Source: an uncultured Phycisphaerales bacterium (GTDB taxonomy: Bacteria > Planctomycetota > Phycisphaerae > Sedimentisphaerales > Anaerobacaceae). From it: a DNA stretch of 64,000 nucleotides. Both the position numbers and the translations under genes were made by a program. Where the stretch lies: contig OY970359.1 in the NCBI GenBank assembly GCA_963718665.1, forward strand, positions 1,504,001 to 1,568,000, read 5' to 3'. How positions within the stretch are numbered: the first letter of the stretch is position 1; the number at the start of each line of letters is the position of its first letter. This document shows, piece after piece, positions 19,125 through 30,500 of the stretch. The notes beneath the pieces are model-generated. The model was not told the DNA's origin and searched no databases. It worked only from the letters and a program-made list of their open reading frames with translations.

Positions 19125-19350
19125 AATCTAATCTCCATATTAGAGTAATTTGACTTCGATACCTACTCTATCGGCAGTGTTAATTTGGGATGATTAGAGT
19201 ATTTGGGCAACTTGCGGGTTTTACTTAAAAAATTTTGCTTTTCCCACAAAAGGGATGTCGTAGTGGCATATTATGGGACCGTTGATGTTAAATTAGGCAA
19301 TATTCTTTGAAGAAAATTAAAAAATCGCCCGGAATTTGGGGTTATAACGG

Positions 19351-20046
19351 CTATTCCTTTGAGTCCTTGCCGGACCGTAATTGAATAAGTATGCCTAAAA
19401 GGGTTCCTCCGGTGAGCAGCAGGGGCAGGAACCATGGATTGCTGTAATAAAGCTGGTTGAGGTGTGCTGTTGTCGGCTCGTTTGCAAAGTTTTCATAGCG
19501 GTAAATAAGGGCGAACGCGCCGATGACGATAAGCGATGTCCCGCCTAAGCTTGTGAATAGCATAACGGAGAGTTTGAAGACAACGAAGGATATCATCCCG
19601 CCTGCGACGATGCCGGTTAGTGCGCCCGCCCAGACAAATTCCTGCGGAAGGTTACAGGAATGCCATATTCCCGCGGCAAGTATCCCGCCGGCCACGGCAG
19701 CAAGAATAGCCACCGCCCACCGCATTAAGGGAATAGCGAGGATGACAAGAAGGGCGCAGCCGACGACTGCACCGGGGATGGGTTTTTGGAACAGAGTGCC
19801 GACCCACAGGCCGAGAAAGAGGCCGAGGAGGCCGAAGCCGATGACGGTGAGCGTCTTATAGATTTTCCAGCCATACATCAGGATGATGACGCCGAATGAA
19901 ATACCAATGACTGCCTGAAGCCAGGTGAGAAGGGTTGTCTGCTGCCAGACGAAATCGAGGGCACGCAGGACGTATTTAGTGCCGTACTCAGCATTGATAT
20001 TGTCAAAATGTTGCGCTGTTCGCGCCAAAAGCAGCGAAAAACTCAT
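19351..20046 (-). CDS. Multi-pass membrane protein (DUF4203-like)
   Basis: Gly-rich TM helices, YGWKIYK, FTSLGGT. Confidence 0.7.
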   Translation of the reverse strand: MSFSLLLARTAQHFDNINAEYGTKYVLRALDFVWQQTTLLTWLQAVIGISFGVIILMYGWKIYKTLTVIGFGLLGLFLGLWVGTLFQKPIPGAVVGCALLVILAIPLMRWAVAILAAVAGGILAAGIWHSCNLPQEFVWAGALTGIVAGGMISFVVFKLSVMLFTSLGGTSLIVIGAFALIYRYENFANEPTTAHLNQLYYSNPWFLPLLLTGGTLLGILIQLRSGKDSKE

Positions 20047-20091
20047 TTACTCTTCTCCTTTTTCAAAATTTAAGCCCTATAAGCCGGGTGG

Positions 20092-20838
20092 TTAAGCCGT
20101 GCGCCAAGTTGCGATTTTTGGTTTTTCTGCGGCATCGCCTTTACCGGTTTTGACTTTTTCAACTTTGGTTTTGGTGGCCTTCCTTGCAGCGGCAAATCGC
20201 ACATTAATTTCAGGCAGGAGCCACAACTGGATGATAGTGCCCGCTATTGTTGCCAGGGCGAGTACCGCGACGCAAATATCCTGTTTTTTGGTGATATAGC
20301 CGACGGCGGGATAGCCGAAATTCAGCAAAGCCATAACCGTTCCCGCCAGGATAAGTATTGTTCCTGCGGCCGAGGTGAAGATCGCTGAGGCGCCCCGCAA
20401 GGATATAACCGCGAATGGCAAGGCAGTTACCGCCACCAGCAGGGGCCAGTTGTAGTAGGGGACGCTTATGGTAAACTGCCTGATTACCGCCAGGATGTTG
20501 CTTGACGGGAGGAAGTAAGGCCTAATCAGGACTAAATAACCGATAACGGCGGTTGCGGCCGAGGCAATCAGCACAAGAAACGTATCCTGCAATTTAAGCG
20601 CAGTCAGGGCAAAGATGCCTATTACGGAGGCAGCAAGAAACAGATTTGTGCCGGAAGAAAATAACGTGCAGAATGCGCCGAAAAAGAGGCCTGTTGCGAC
20701 AAACACAACTTTTTTGAAGCCGAATCCGCCGAGCAATACAAACAGTCCGGCGGCAATAGTAACGGCCGCGAGCGTCAAAAGCAGCGATGGCTGCAAATAC
20801 GTTACGCGATTTTGAAATGTCGATAATAAGTTCATCAT
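20092..20838 (-). CDS. Multi-pass membrane protein, probably paralogous to its neighbour
   Basis: LGGFGFKK and FTSAAGT in a similar TM layout. Confidence 0.65.
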   Translation of the reverse strand: MMNLLSTFQNRVTYLQPSLLLTLAAVTIAAGLFVLLGGFGFKKVVFVATGLFFGAFCTLFSSGTNLFLAASVIGIFALTALKLQDTFLVLIASAATAVIGYLVLIRPYFLPSSNILAVIRQFTISVPYYNWPLLVAVTALPFAVISLRGASAIFTSAAGTILILAGTVMALLNFGYPAVGYITKKQDICVAVLALATIAGTIIQLWLLPEINVRFAAARKATKTKVEKVKTGKGDAAEKPKIATWRTA

Positions 20839-20967
20839 AAGTTTTTAGTGTCTCGAAAAAAACGTCCTGAGAATGCGGTTTTAGCCCAAGTATTTATCGG
20901 CCTGATGAGGCCCTTTCGTTAAGTCCTGAGTTGATTGTGGAAGCCCGCGGGGCAGCGGGTGAGGTAA

Positions 20968-21051
20968 TGCGGATGAGAGGAGTCGAACCTCCAAGAGCCT
21001 AAGCCCACAGGCACCTGAAGCCTGCGCGTCTGCCAGTTCCGCCACATCCGC
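20968..21051 (-). tRNA. tRNA-Leu(CAG)
   Basis: GCGGATGTGGCGGAACTGGCAGACGCGCAGGCTTCAGGTGCCTGT...GGTTCGACTCCTCTCATCCGCA; anticodon CAG, long variable arm, CCA not encoded. Confidence 0.96.
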
Positions 21052-21560
21052 TTGATAAGCCGATAATAACGGTTTTTGGTCGGCTCGTCAATAACGAAGG
21101 CGGAATCGGGCGTGGATAATAAACGGGCGATGCGGCGGGTTTCGCTGATTTTGAGAATTTCAATATTTATACGACCGCAACGAGCGGTCGGCGAGTTTGT
21201 AATGTTATCGGTCCTTGTAAGGCCTTTATTTGTAAGGCGGGGCACGCCCGCCAAACAACACGGCGGGTAAACTGCGAGGGAAATTAGAGAGTAGAACCCA
21301 TCTTCGCTTTTAGCTCCGCCGAGGCAAGCAATTGAACAGTGTTTTTCCTATTTGTGCTTTACTCGCGGGGAGAGGGACGGGAAAATATAAGAGATTGCCG
21401 AATGTCGGTTGCCGATTTAGGATGCGGAAGACAGCAAGGCGTGAGTAATTCGGCGGGCTGGCGCGAATTTGACGGTAACGCTGGAATACACAGTTGTCTG
21501 GTCAACATGGAAATGGTAGTCCGAAAACGGATATCGGCTGTTAAAATTCCGGACTTGGCG

Positions 21561-21597
21561 CAAAAAAAAGCGGCCTTATATGAGATAAGGCCGCTTG
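21561..21597 (-). terminator. Intrinsic terminator of the second prepilin-type gene
   Basis: AAGCGGCCTTAT-loop-ATAAGGCCGCTT with an A-run on the plus strand. Confidence 0.8.
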
Positions 21598-21649
21598 CTA
21601 AACAACGATGCTTTAAGCTGTTAGCTTTTTGCTGCCGTCAAGGATGTCA

Positions 21650-22717
21650 TCAACCATTTTTGCCGCCGCCAAGAATGTCATTAATCAAAAGCGCATCCGT
21701 TACATCCCCCGGTACGATATCATTGTAAGCGCTTGGCGTTACAGGGTTGCTGCCAGTCATGCCCGGGAGGCGTCCGCATGCTTCGAAGTCAGACTTATAA
21801 AGCGGTGTTGTTGACGTGGTGCTATTTGACCAGTAAGTACTTCCCCATCTTTGATAAATGTTGTCGTTATTTATGCCCACGTTGGCTTGTGACTCAAATT
21901 TCACGTGGCCGTCATTGTACAGGACGTTTTGGCCTTCGCGCTGATGGGCATAGGCGTTAAACACGAAATCTTTGTCCGTGTACTGGTTGTTGTTAATGCT
22001 CCAGTTTGTACAAGGCGATGTGGCTGGTGGGCTAACTATTGCCAGTGTCCCGCCGTTATCTGCGGGGCCCGTTATATAAACAGAGGCGTTTTTATCCAGG
22101 CCCGGGTTTCTATCCGCCGCGAGGGGGCTGCTTGGCGAACTGCTAACTGAAATCGGGAACCCTGCTAACGGATTGGCGGTAGAGGTTCTGGCAAAGGGGA
22201 AATGGTAAGCGTAGCTGACGTGTAAGCCCGGGTGGGTGCCAAAATCGTAAACCTTGGTCAGGTCTGTTACTGTTGTCGAGGTATAACTTGTGAGCTTGAA
22301 AATTTGTGAGCCGGAGTCGCCCTTGCAGATAAACTGTTTTGGTGAAACATCCTGGTATTTTACGAGCATATAGAACAAGGAGCCCATAGTTGCCATGCCA
22401 CCACAACCGGTCTGTTGTGTACTAAAGAAGACGAATTGAGTGGACAACGTACCGCCCTGGGCGTCGAAAGAGCCAATCGCGCCATTAGTGGCGTAAATTA
22501 CCGGCAGTGGTTGCCAGCCAGGCATTGGATATGCATCCTGTGAATCACCGGCGTACAGTAACAATGCTTTGCCTATGCCTGACAGGTTTGACCCGCAGAC
22601 CATACGGTAGGCAATCATCCTGACTCTGGCCAGGGCCGGCATCAGGATACCCATCAGCAGAGCGATGATCGCGATAACGACCAGCAGCTCAACCAACGTA
22701 AAACCTTTCTTTTTCAT
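21650..22717 (-). CDS. Prepilin-type N-terminal cleavage/methylation protein with H-X9-DG-type C-terminal motif
   Basis: [52 protein letters not shown]. Confidence 0.93.
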   Translation of the reverse strand: MKKKGFTLVELLVVIAIIALLMGILMPALARVRMIAYRMVCGSNLSGIGKALLLYAGDSQDAYPMPGWQPLPVIYATNGAIGSFDAQGGTLSTQFVFFSTQQTGCGGMATMGSLFYMLVKYQDVSPKQFICKGDSGSQIFKLTSYTSTTVTDLTKVYDFGTHPGLHVSYAYHFPFARTSTANPLAGFPISVSSSPSSPLAADRNPGLDKNASVYITGPADNGGTLAIVSPPATSPCTNWSINNNQYTDKDFVFNAYAHQREGQNVLYNDGHVKFESQANVGINNDNIYQRWGSTYWSNSTTSTTPLYKSDFEACGRLPGMTGSNPVTPSAYNDIVPGDVTDALLINDILGGGKNG

Positions 22718-23066
22718 TTGTTTTCTCCTATACATTTTTTGAGATTCGCTATCCGGCCGCCCTAAGCACAATCGGGCATGGTAAAAGACGGATTATTACA
22801 ATCTGTTCTTGACCACACGTTATCGCCCGAATTCTCCGCGAATCTCTGTTAAACTTTTTCGCTCGGAACCGGCCGGCAAAAAACACATTCAGACCAGATT
22901 TTATGGGACTTGTTGGCTGGCTTTCCTGACTCAAAAACGCCGCCGGATTCGAGTCAAGTAACACCGAGCCACTTCTAACAGGCAGGTTATGATTAAGAGG
23001 GGTACTTTATAATTACGGCTACCATTATATAATTTGTTAATTTGTTACCTGCCTATTACACTCTTC

Positions 23067-23095
23067 AGTATAGTGCCGCCTCATATTGTTGTCAA
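23067..23095 (-). promoter_or_regulatory. Near-consensus sigma70 promoter ahead of a ~340-nt structured leader
   Basis: TTGACA-N17-TATACT. Confidence 0.7.
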
Positions 23096-23181
23096 GAAGG
23101 TTTTCGGCAAAAAACGCGATAATTCTTGAAAATTCCGCGTCGATACCTTATAAATGCCGTTTTTGGCGTGGGGAAAGGCCT

Positions 23182-24609
23182 ATGATAGACCAAAATAAGC
23201 TTCAAAAGCTGAAAACCGTCCTAAAAAATTATGGTCAAAGCCACATTTTGACCTTCTGGGACCGGCTTGACCCGGCCAGACAGGACCGGTTTTTTGCCCA
23301 GATTAACCAACTAGATTTTGCCCAGTTAGACCGCTGGCGGGAAGAGTTTGTCCTGAATGCCTCGCCTTTTAAGCTGCTTGGCAAGCTCGTGCCCGCCCCG
23401 TTTTATGCTCATCAGCCGAGCGATGCCGGGCAGCGAGGAAAATACGACCAGGCGCGTCAACTGGGTGACAAGCTGATTTCTCAGGGGAAGGTCGCGGCGT
23501 TTGTTGTTGCTGGCGGACAGGGAACCCGGCTGGGTTTCGATGGGCCGAAAGGGAATTTCCCCATAAGCCCGGTTAAGAATAAGACACTTTTCCAGATTTT
23601 TGCGGAGGGCATTTCGGCGGCCTGTAAAAAATACCATACCAGTTGTCCCTGGTATATTATGACCAGTCCCCTCAATCATCAGCAAACACTGGATATTTTT
23701 TCCGCCAACAATTACTACGGCCTGAACAAAAACGACATATTTATATTTCAGCAGGGGACTCTGCCTAACTTTTCGCTGGACGGCAAAATCCTTCTGTCTG
23801 ATATTGACACAATCGCCACTTCGCCCGACGGCCACGGCGGCAGTTTGCGCACGATTTACAACTCGGGCGCGATGGCTGATATGCAAAAACGCGACATCGA
23901 GTTCGTCAGCTACTACCAGGTTGATAATCCCCTCATAAATATTTTTGACCCGCTGTTCATAGGGCTGCACGCACTTGACGGGGCGGAGATGTCGTCGAAG
24001 GGGTTGAGTAAAACAGGACCGTTTGAGAAACTCGGCAACTTCTGTTTGGCTGACGGCAAAGTAACTGTTATCGAATACAGCGACCTGCCGAATGAGCTTG
24101 CGGAAAAGAGAAATCCCAACGGCTCGCTTGCCTTTGAACTTGGCAGTATCGCCATTCATATTATCAGCGTCAATTTTATTGAGCGGCTCAATAAGCACGG
24201 TTTCGTATTGTCTTTGCACAGGGCGGCAAAGAAAATCCCGTATGTTGACGAGGAGGGGCGGCGAATCGAGCCAAAAGAGCCGAATGGCGTTAAGCTGGAG
24301 AGTTTTGTTTTTGACGCACTGCCTCTCGCCGGGAAATCGATTATCCTTCAAACCGTCCGCAACGGAGAATTTGCGCCAGCGAAAAACGCGACAGGTGTTG
24401 ACAGCGCCCAGACAGCCAGGCAAATGATGGTTGACCGTGCGGCTGCCTGGCTTGAATCGGCGGGCGTGAAGGTCCCGCGAAAAACTGACGGTTTGCCTGA
24501 CTGTGTTATCGAGATTTCGCCGAGTTTCGCACTAACAAGGGAAGACGTTGCTAAAAAGCGCGATAAGATACCCACCATCAAACCCGGCGATAAAATATAT
24601 CTTGGGTGA
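23182..24609 (+). CDS. UDPGP type 1 family nucleotidyltransferase (UDP-GlcNAc/UDP-Glc pyrophosphorylase)
   Basis: AGGQGTRLGFDGPKG, PWYIMTS, SPDGHGG, QVDNPL, IEYSDL, KLESFVFDAL. Confidence 0.92.
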   Translation: MIDQNKLQKLKTVLKNYGQSHILTFWDRLDPARQDRFFAQINQLDFAQLDRWREEFVLNASPFKLLGKLVPAPFYAHQPSDAGQRGKYDQARQLGDKLISQGKVAAFVVAGGQGTRLGFDGPKGNFPISPVKNKTLFQIFAEGISAACKKYHTSCPWYIMTSPLNHQQTLDIFSANNYYGLNKNDIFIFQQGTLPNFSLDGKILLSDIDTIATSPDGHGGSLRTIYNSGAMADMQKRDIEFVSYYQVDNPLINIFDPLFIGLHALDGAEMSSKGLSKTGPFEKLGNFCLADGKVTVIEYSDLPNELAEKRNPNGSLAFELGSIAIHIISVNFIERLNKHGFVLSLHRAAKKIPYVDEEGRRIEPKEPNGVKLESFVFDALPLAGKSIILQTVRNGEFAPAKNATGVDSAQTARQMMVDRAAAWLESAGVKVPRKTDGLPDCVIEISPSFALTREDVAKKRDKIPTIKPGDKIYLG

Positions 24610-24670
24610 GATAACACCTGCCTTCGCAAAATTTTTCCGTTGTCAAAGGCAATAACAGCCGAGCGGCCGG

Positions 24671-25825
24671 CTATTTTGTCGAGAACGTATGTATCGTAAT
24701 CGTCTCGTATTTTTCGCCCGGCCGCAATACGGTCGATGGGAAAGTCGGCTTGTTGGGCGAATCGGGATAATGCTGCGTTTCCAGGCATAACGCGCCGAAT
24801 TTGTTATAGGTTTTGCCATCTTTGCCCTTAAGCGAACCATCAAGCCCGATGCTGCTGTAGAACTGCACTCCCGGCTCGGTTGTTTGTATCTCCATTACGC
24901 GCCCACTCGTCGGCTCATAAACTTTTGCGGCGAGCTTCATTTTTCCCGCCTTGCCGTTGAGCGCAAAGTTATGGTCATAGCCGCCGATATCAATTTGTTT
25001 TATTCGTGAGCCAATCGTCATCGGTTTTGTGAAATCCAACGGCGTATCCTTAACAGCTTTAAGCTCTCCCGTTGGTATAAGGCCTTTATCAACCGGGGTG
25101 TATTTGTCCGCGTTTATCATCAGCTCGTGACCAAGGACGCCGCCGCTGCCGGCGCCAGCGAGATTCCAATACGAATGATTCGTCAGGTTCACGACCGTGG
25201 GCTTATCCGTTGTTGCCTCATATTTCATTTCCAGCTTATTATCCGATGTAAGGGTATAAGTAACGACGCACTTGAGATTTCCGGGGAAACCTTCCTCGCC
25301 GTCTTTGCTTGTGTAGCTGAGTTTCAATTCGGCCTTGTTGCCCTTTAATTCGGCTTTTTCAATCTTCCAGACAACCTTGTCGAATCCCTTGGCACCGCCG
25401 TGCAAAATGTTCTCTCCCTCGTTTTTCGCAAGCTTATATTCCTTGCCGTCCAGCGTGAATTTTGCCCCGCCGATACGGTTTCCATACCTGCCGATTATCG
25501 CGCCGAAATACGGGCACCCTTTGAGGTATCCGTCCAGATTATCGAATCCGAGGACAATATCTCCGGTTTTTCCGTTTCTGTCGGGGGCCTCAAACGAGAC
25601 AATGATTCCGCCGTAGGTCATTATCCTGGCAGTAAGCCCTTTACCGTTCGTCAGTGTAACAATATCAATCTGCTGCCCGTCAGTGGTTTTCCCGAATGGT
25701 TCCGTTTTAACGCTCATTTTTCCCGGCTCCTTACACTTTTTAGCACAGCATTTCATTTCGCAGCAACTGCTCACATAAACCACAACTGCCATCAAAACCA
25801 CGCCAACCAGAATTCTCTTGTTCAT
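24671..25825 (-). CDS. galM: Aldose 1-epimerase (mutarotase), exported
   Basis: YFGAIIGRYGNRI, LHGG, NLTNHSYWNL, GYDHNF, CLETQHYPDSPN. Confidence 0.95.
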   Translation of the reverse strand: MNKRILVGVVLMAVVVYVSSCCEMKCCAKKCKEPGKMSVKTEPFGKTTDGQQIDIVTLTNGKGLTARIMTYGGIIVSFEAPDRNGKTGDIVLGFDNLDGYLKGCPYFGAIIGRYGNRIGGAKFTLDGKEYKLAKNEGENILHGGAKGFDKVVWKIEKAELKGNKAELKLSYTSKDGEEGFPGNLKCVVTYTLTSDNKLEMKYEATTDKPTVVNLTNHSYWNLAGAGSGGVLGHELMINADKYTPVDKGLIPTGELKAVKDTPLDFTKPMTIGSRIKQIDIGGYDHNFALNGKAGKMKLAAKVYEPTSGRVMEIQTTEPGVQFYSSIGLDGSLKGKDGKTYNKFGALCLETQHYPDSPNKPTFPSTVLRPGEKYETITIHTFSTK

Positions 25826-25904
25826 TTTTAAACTCCTGCTTATACGATAATCTATTATTCGATATTCCCTTGCCCGAAATATATAACCCCATCAGTATCG
25901 AATG

Positions 25905-26954
25905 TCAAATTATTAGCATAGCGTCGCCGTAGGAATAAAAGCGGTAGCGATTCTCGATGGCGTGCCGGTAGGCAGCCAGTATCGCATCAAGGCCCGCGAA
26001 TGCCCCGACGAGCGCAATCAGTGTGGATTGCGGGAGATGAAAATTGGTAATCATCGCATCGACAATTTTGAATTTGTAGCCCGGCCTGATAAACAGGCGG
26101 GTTGAGTCGTCAGTTGCGGATAATTGTCCGTGCGCTCCCGCGGTTTCCATGACGCGGACAGAAGTAGTCCCGACGGCAATAATTCTGCCGCCGGTTTTTT
26201 TGACGCGATTTATTATTCCTGCGTTTGTTTCGTCGATGCTGAATTGTTCTTCGTGTATTTGGTGCTCTTCGAGCGTTTCAGCGGTTACCGGCTTAAAAGT
26301 CCCTTCGCCAACGGCAAGAGTAACATAGGCGAATTCAATCCCCTTATGTTTAAGCTCCTCAATCAGCTTTTTGGTGAAATGCAGTCCAGCCGTAGGCGCT
26401 GCAACCGCGCCGGGATTACATGCGTAAACCGTCTGGTATCTTAATCTATCCTCAACGGCCTGGTCTAAATCAGTATCTCTCCTTATATAAGGCGGCAGGG
26501 GCGGAAAACCAATCTTCTCAAGAGTTTTTTGTGCCGGCTCTTCGGCTTCGATTTTCAGAAGGCACTTGCCCTCGTTTTTTTTCTCGATAAGCTCTGCGTA
26601 ACAAAATTTCTCGCCTGCGATATCCATCAACCAGATACGTTCCCCCGTTTTGATTTTGCCAAGACCTTTGAGCATTACCTCCCAGAAGGCGTTATTATGC
26701 TGATGCAGAAACAATCCTTCGAGTGTGCCGCCTGTCCGGCGTTTCGCAAAAAACTTTGCGGGCAATACTTTCGTGTCGTTGAGAACGAGGCAGTCGCCCT
26801 TGCGCAGAAATTCCCCGATTTTGTCAAAGCGGGTGTCGGTTAACAGCCCGTTTTGCCGCTCCAAAACCAGCAGTCGTGACCGGCTGCGGTTTTTCGCCGG
26901 CTGCTGTGCAACCAGTTCCGCCGGCAGGTGATAATCAAGCTCTTTTGTTTTCAT
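25905..26954 (-). CDS. queA: S-adenosylmethionine:tRNA ribosyltransferase-isomerase
   Basis: LNDTKV, PLPPYI, YQTVYA, AVAAPTAGLHF, VGTTSVR, TNFHLPQSTL, YSYGDAM. Confidence 0.97.
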   Translation of the reverse strand: MKTKELDYHLPAELVAQQPAKNRSRSRLLVLERQNGLLTDTRFDKIGEFLRKGDCLVLNDTKVLPAKFFAKRRTGGTLEGLFLHQHNNAFWEVMLKGLGKIKTGERIWLMDIAGEKFCYAELIEKKNEGKCLLKIEAEEPAQKTLEKIGFPPLPPYIRRDTDLDQAVEDRLRYQTVYACNPGAVAAPTAGLHFTKKLIEELKHKGIEFAYVTLAVGEGTFKPVTAETLEEHQIHEEQFSIDETNAGIINRVKKTGGRIIAVGTTSVRVMETAGAHGQLSATDDSTRLFIRPGYKFKIVDAMITNFHLPQSTLIALVGAFAGLDAILAAYRHAIENRYRFYSYGDAMLII

Positions 26955-27132
26955 ACAAGAAACTTATCAGACCATACGCAAATCGCATAATAATTTTTTT
27001 CGCAATCTCAGCCGGATTTTAACGCTTTCTGCGTAAAAGACCAAATAATTGCAAAAGCCGCGCAATTGCCGCGTCGATACGGAAATTGTTGGCCCGGTTT
27101 CGCAAAAGCGTCGTATATTAAGAGGTGATGCA

Positions 27133-27330
27133 ATGACGTCAAAAGAATTTTTTGAACAAACAGCGACCTCGATAGCTGCTCTGGACAGGGACGAGCTTAA
27201 AAGACGCATCAAAAACTTCCACGGACGTTTCAAACTGGATTTTACCGAGGACTATCTCAATCAGCTCAATATTGACCGGCTAAGGCACATTCTCCTGGCC
27301 GCTCACATCAGCACAAACGGCCCCTGCTAA
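27133..27330 (+). CDS. Small hypothetical protein (65 aa)
   Basis: GAGGTG RBS; ...FKLDFTEDYLNQLNIDRLRHILLAA, a helical pattern I associate with planctomycete small proteins. Confidence 0.75.
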   Translation: MTSKEFFEQTATSIAALDRDELKRRIKNFHGRFKLDFTEDYLNQLNIDRLRHILLAAHISTNGPC

Positions 27331-27562
27331 AACCTGTCAGGGTACCGGTCTGTTTTCCTGCATTTTGTCGCTCGCAACCTCTGCATTTACAGATATTTAG
27401 GCAAATCCAATCTCAAATCAAAAAAAAACGCTATTTCCTTGACAAATTCAGCCCATATCTATAAAGTATATAATGACAATTGGAGCCGGATGCGAGGGGG
27501 CATCCAGTATTGCCAACTTAGTTTTGGAGAGGTTTTATATGGAGATTTTGAGGAGGTTACCA

Positions 27563-30500
27563 ATGTCAACCACACGCCTAATTTGTTTAATCACTATTTT
27601 TGTATCCCTTCTGACAATAAGCAATTTCTCTTCTGTCTTTGCAGGTAACTGTGGCGATGGCGGTTTCGACTGGTGCGAAACAGTGGTATGGCACGACGGC
27701 GTTGACCAGAACTGGTGTGATACCGGCGGCTGGGTCCCTAATAACGGCGAACCTGGCGGAGCAATTCCGCCAGACGGCAACACACCCGTGGTTATCGAAC
27801 CGTACCCCGGCCCGATAATCAACATCGGCTGCGATGCCACCTGCTGTGCTTTGTGGGTATGCGATTGGTCATGGTCAGGCGCTCCGGACACAGCCGTTGA
27901 ACTTCGAGGGGGATCTTTGAATGCCGGAGAATATATCTGCCTCGCCAGTAACGGCACCGATTTCACATATGGTGACAGCAACTCAGTGGGCTCTGCCGGA
28001 CTGACAGTTCTTGGCGGCACGGTAACTACCCCGACTTCTGTCACGGGAAACGGTCTTTATATCGGCGGCGGCTCGACCACTTACCAACTTATGAACAAAG
28101 GTGTAGTGACGATGTATGGCGGACTCATTAGCGTCCCAAGGGTCGCTCTCTATCATGGCAATATTGCCCTGTATGGCGGAACTCTGCAGTGCATAGGAGA
28201 CAACAATTTCATTTTCTACCAGGACTATCCGGAAAATAAAATCGACATCAGCGGCGGCACACTGCAACTTCATGGCGACTATACGATTACCACTCCGAGT
28301 CTTGCCAATTTCATCGCGAACGGCTGGATTTACTCCTCACGCGGCACCATCGGAACGGCTGCATTTGACGGCACCTGGACAACATTAACAAGCAGCAACG
28401 TAAACATGCTAATTCCATGGGGACCTACGCCGGCTAACCACGCGACGAATGTTCATTACAGAGTAAACGATGTTAACGTCGGCATTACGCTCCATTGGCA
28501 CAGTGGCAGCGAACCCAACGTCATAAACCATGACGTGTATTTCGGGACATCCACCGCGGACGTCAATATCGCAACCCCAGCATCAGCGCAATTCGTGGGA
28601 GAAACAAATGAAGCCAATGCCGCTGATACGAATACAAATGGAGACTCGAACAACCTCACTGTAAGCAATTACAACTTCAAAATTGCTACCATCTACTATT
28701 GGCGAGTTGATGATAATGCAATCACATCAAACATATATGACGGAAGCGGCAATGTTATCGGTTATAACACCACGCTTACTAAAGGCCCGATCTGGCACTT
28801 CACGACTCATGACGGCAAGGCATATAATCCAAACCCGTATAACGGACGGGTTGGCTTAACCGAGCCGTTACAGTTAAGCTGGACGCCAGGCGACTTTGCA
28901 GCCAGCCACCTGGTATTTGTTGGCACGGACAGCGCGACGGTCTACAGTGCCAGTAGCACCACTGCTAAAGTTTACAGAAGCACACAGACCGGCACCTCAT
29001 ATTCACTTACGGGCTTAGCGACTAACTGGTACGGACCTTTAGTGCCGGGCACAACCTACTGGTGGAAGGTAACGGAAGTTAACGGCACAACGCAATGGGG
29101 TTCAACCGGCCTCAGCGGCGTCACTGCACCTGTACTTTGGACCTTTACACCTGCGGCGTATATCACCATCGATGACTTTGAAGATTACAACACCACGGCT
29201 GATGTAAACGCCAACTGGATGATGGGTTATGCCGCCACTTGCCCCGGTTCCCCCCTGATAACCCCGTCCGGGACTTTGACCTATGTGCTTGATGCCGCTG
29301 GCAAACACGGCAATTTCACCTATAGCGAAAATACAAGCACACAACAATTCTCAGAGGTAAAACGCTATTACGGCAGCAGCGGCACGGTATTCTCGGACAG
29401 CAGCATACTTTCTGAGCAGCCCACGGAATTAAGAGTAGATTATCTCGGAGCAGCGGCTAACGCGGCTGACCCGGTTTACGACGTGATGTATGTAGCTCTT
29501 GAAGATTCAGCGGGCAATATTGGTGTGTTCAATAATCCGGACACCAGTGCCTCACAGGTAACCTCCTGGACACAATGGTATATCCCTCTCAAAGACATCT
29601 ACTTGGCGAGTCAGCCAAACGCGGTGAACCTTGCAGCAGTTAGCGCTTTCTACCTCGGCTTTGGTCAGCGTTGCCTCCTGCCCGGCTCTCAGGACAGCGG
29701 CGGCGACGGCAACGTAATGTTTGACAATATACAACTACTTCGGGGATGCGATTGGCCTGGCGGCGCCTTGAGCGAGGACTTTGATGGTGATTGCTATGTT
29801 GACATCAATGATTTGAGCATCTTCGCGGAAAGTTGGTTACAGAAAGCAGAATTGCGCACCTTCACTACTATTCTGGCACCTTCGGCGCCGATACTCTGGT
29901 ACAAATTTAACGATTCCGGCGATACGACTGACGTTATTGATTACGGAACAGGCGATGCAAATAACTATGCGGGCACAGTCGCCAACTGGACTTCGCTCTG
30001 CTGGGACGCTACTGACGGCCGGGCTGGTCATCCCGGATGCTTGTACATTCCTCCAATCCCAACCACGGGTGGTGGACCTGCAAACTCTCAGAGTTACGTT
30101 AATGCACCTCCGTCGGCAATGGGCTTCCTCGGCGATGGTAACCATAGAACTAACGGTGGCGGCGTAACCGTCTCATTGTGGGAAAACGCAAGCTTGGTCG
30201 GTGACTTCCTTGTTCAATACCCTGGTATCTGGGGTGTCTGGAACACAGCCAATACCACTGAAACCGTAGAATGTCCGTGTCCGTCACAAATCACTCGGAC
30301 TTCTGCCACAGGGCAAGCCGGTTTCTATTTGCGTACTTGTTCCATAAGAAACGCATTCGTGGCCGCGAGCGTATACGAGCCAATACTTAACTTTGGCGGC
30401 CGCTGGAACAACTGGATATATGTTAAGACACCGAGCAGCATGAAGCTTTACCTCAACGGTGAAAAAGTTGCGGAAACAGACGCAAACGGGCAACCTGGTG

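Noticed and set aside
20968..20985. tRNA-Leu 3' end as island attachment site
   Set aside because: No convincing duplicate found (only an 8-nt match near 60188) and no integrase.
20919..21254. 111-aa ORF
   Set aside because: Shadow of tRNA-Leu and its promoter.
22718..23060. c-di-GMP-I or other known riboswitch
   Set aside because: I could not find the diagnostic conserved motifs by eye; kept only as an unknown structured leader.
23326..24423. 365-aa antisense ORF, and similar long antisense ORFs (2773..3597, 43343..43927 part, 47131..47790)
   Set aside because: They lie opposite well-supported genes and show no recognisable motifs.
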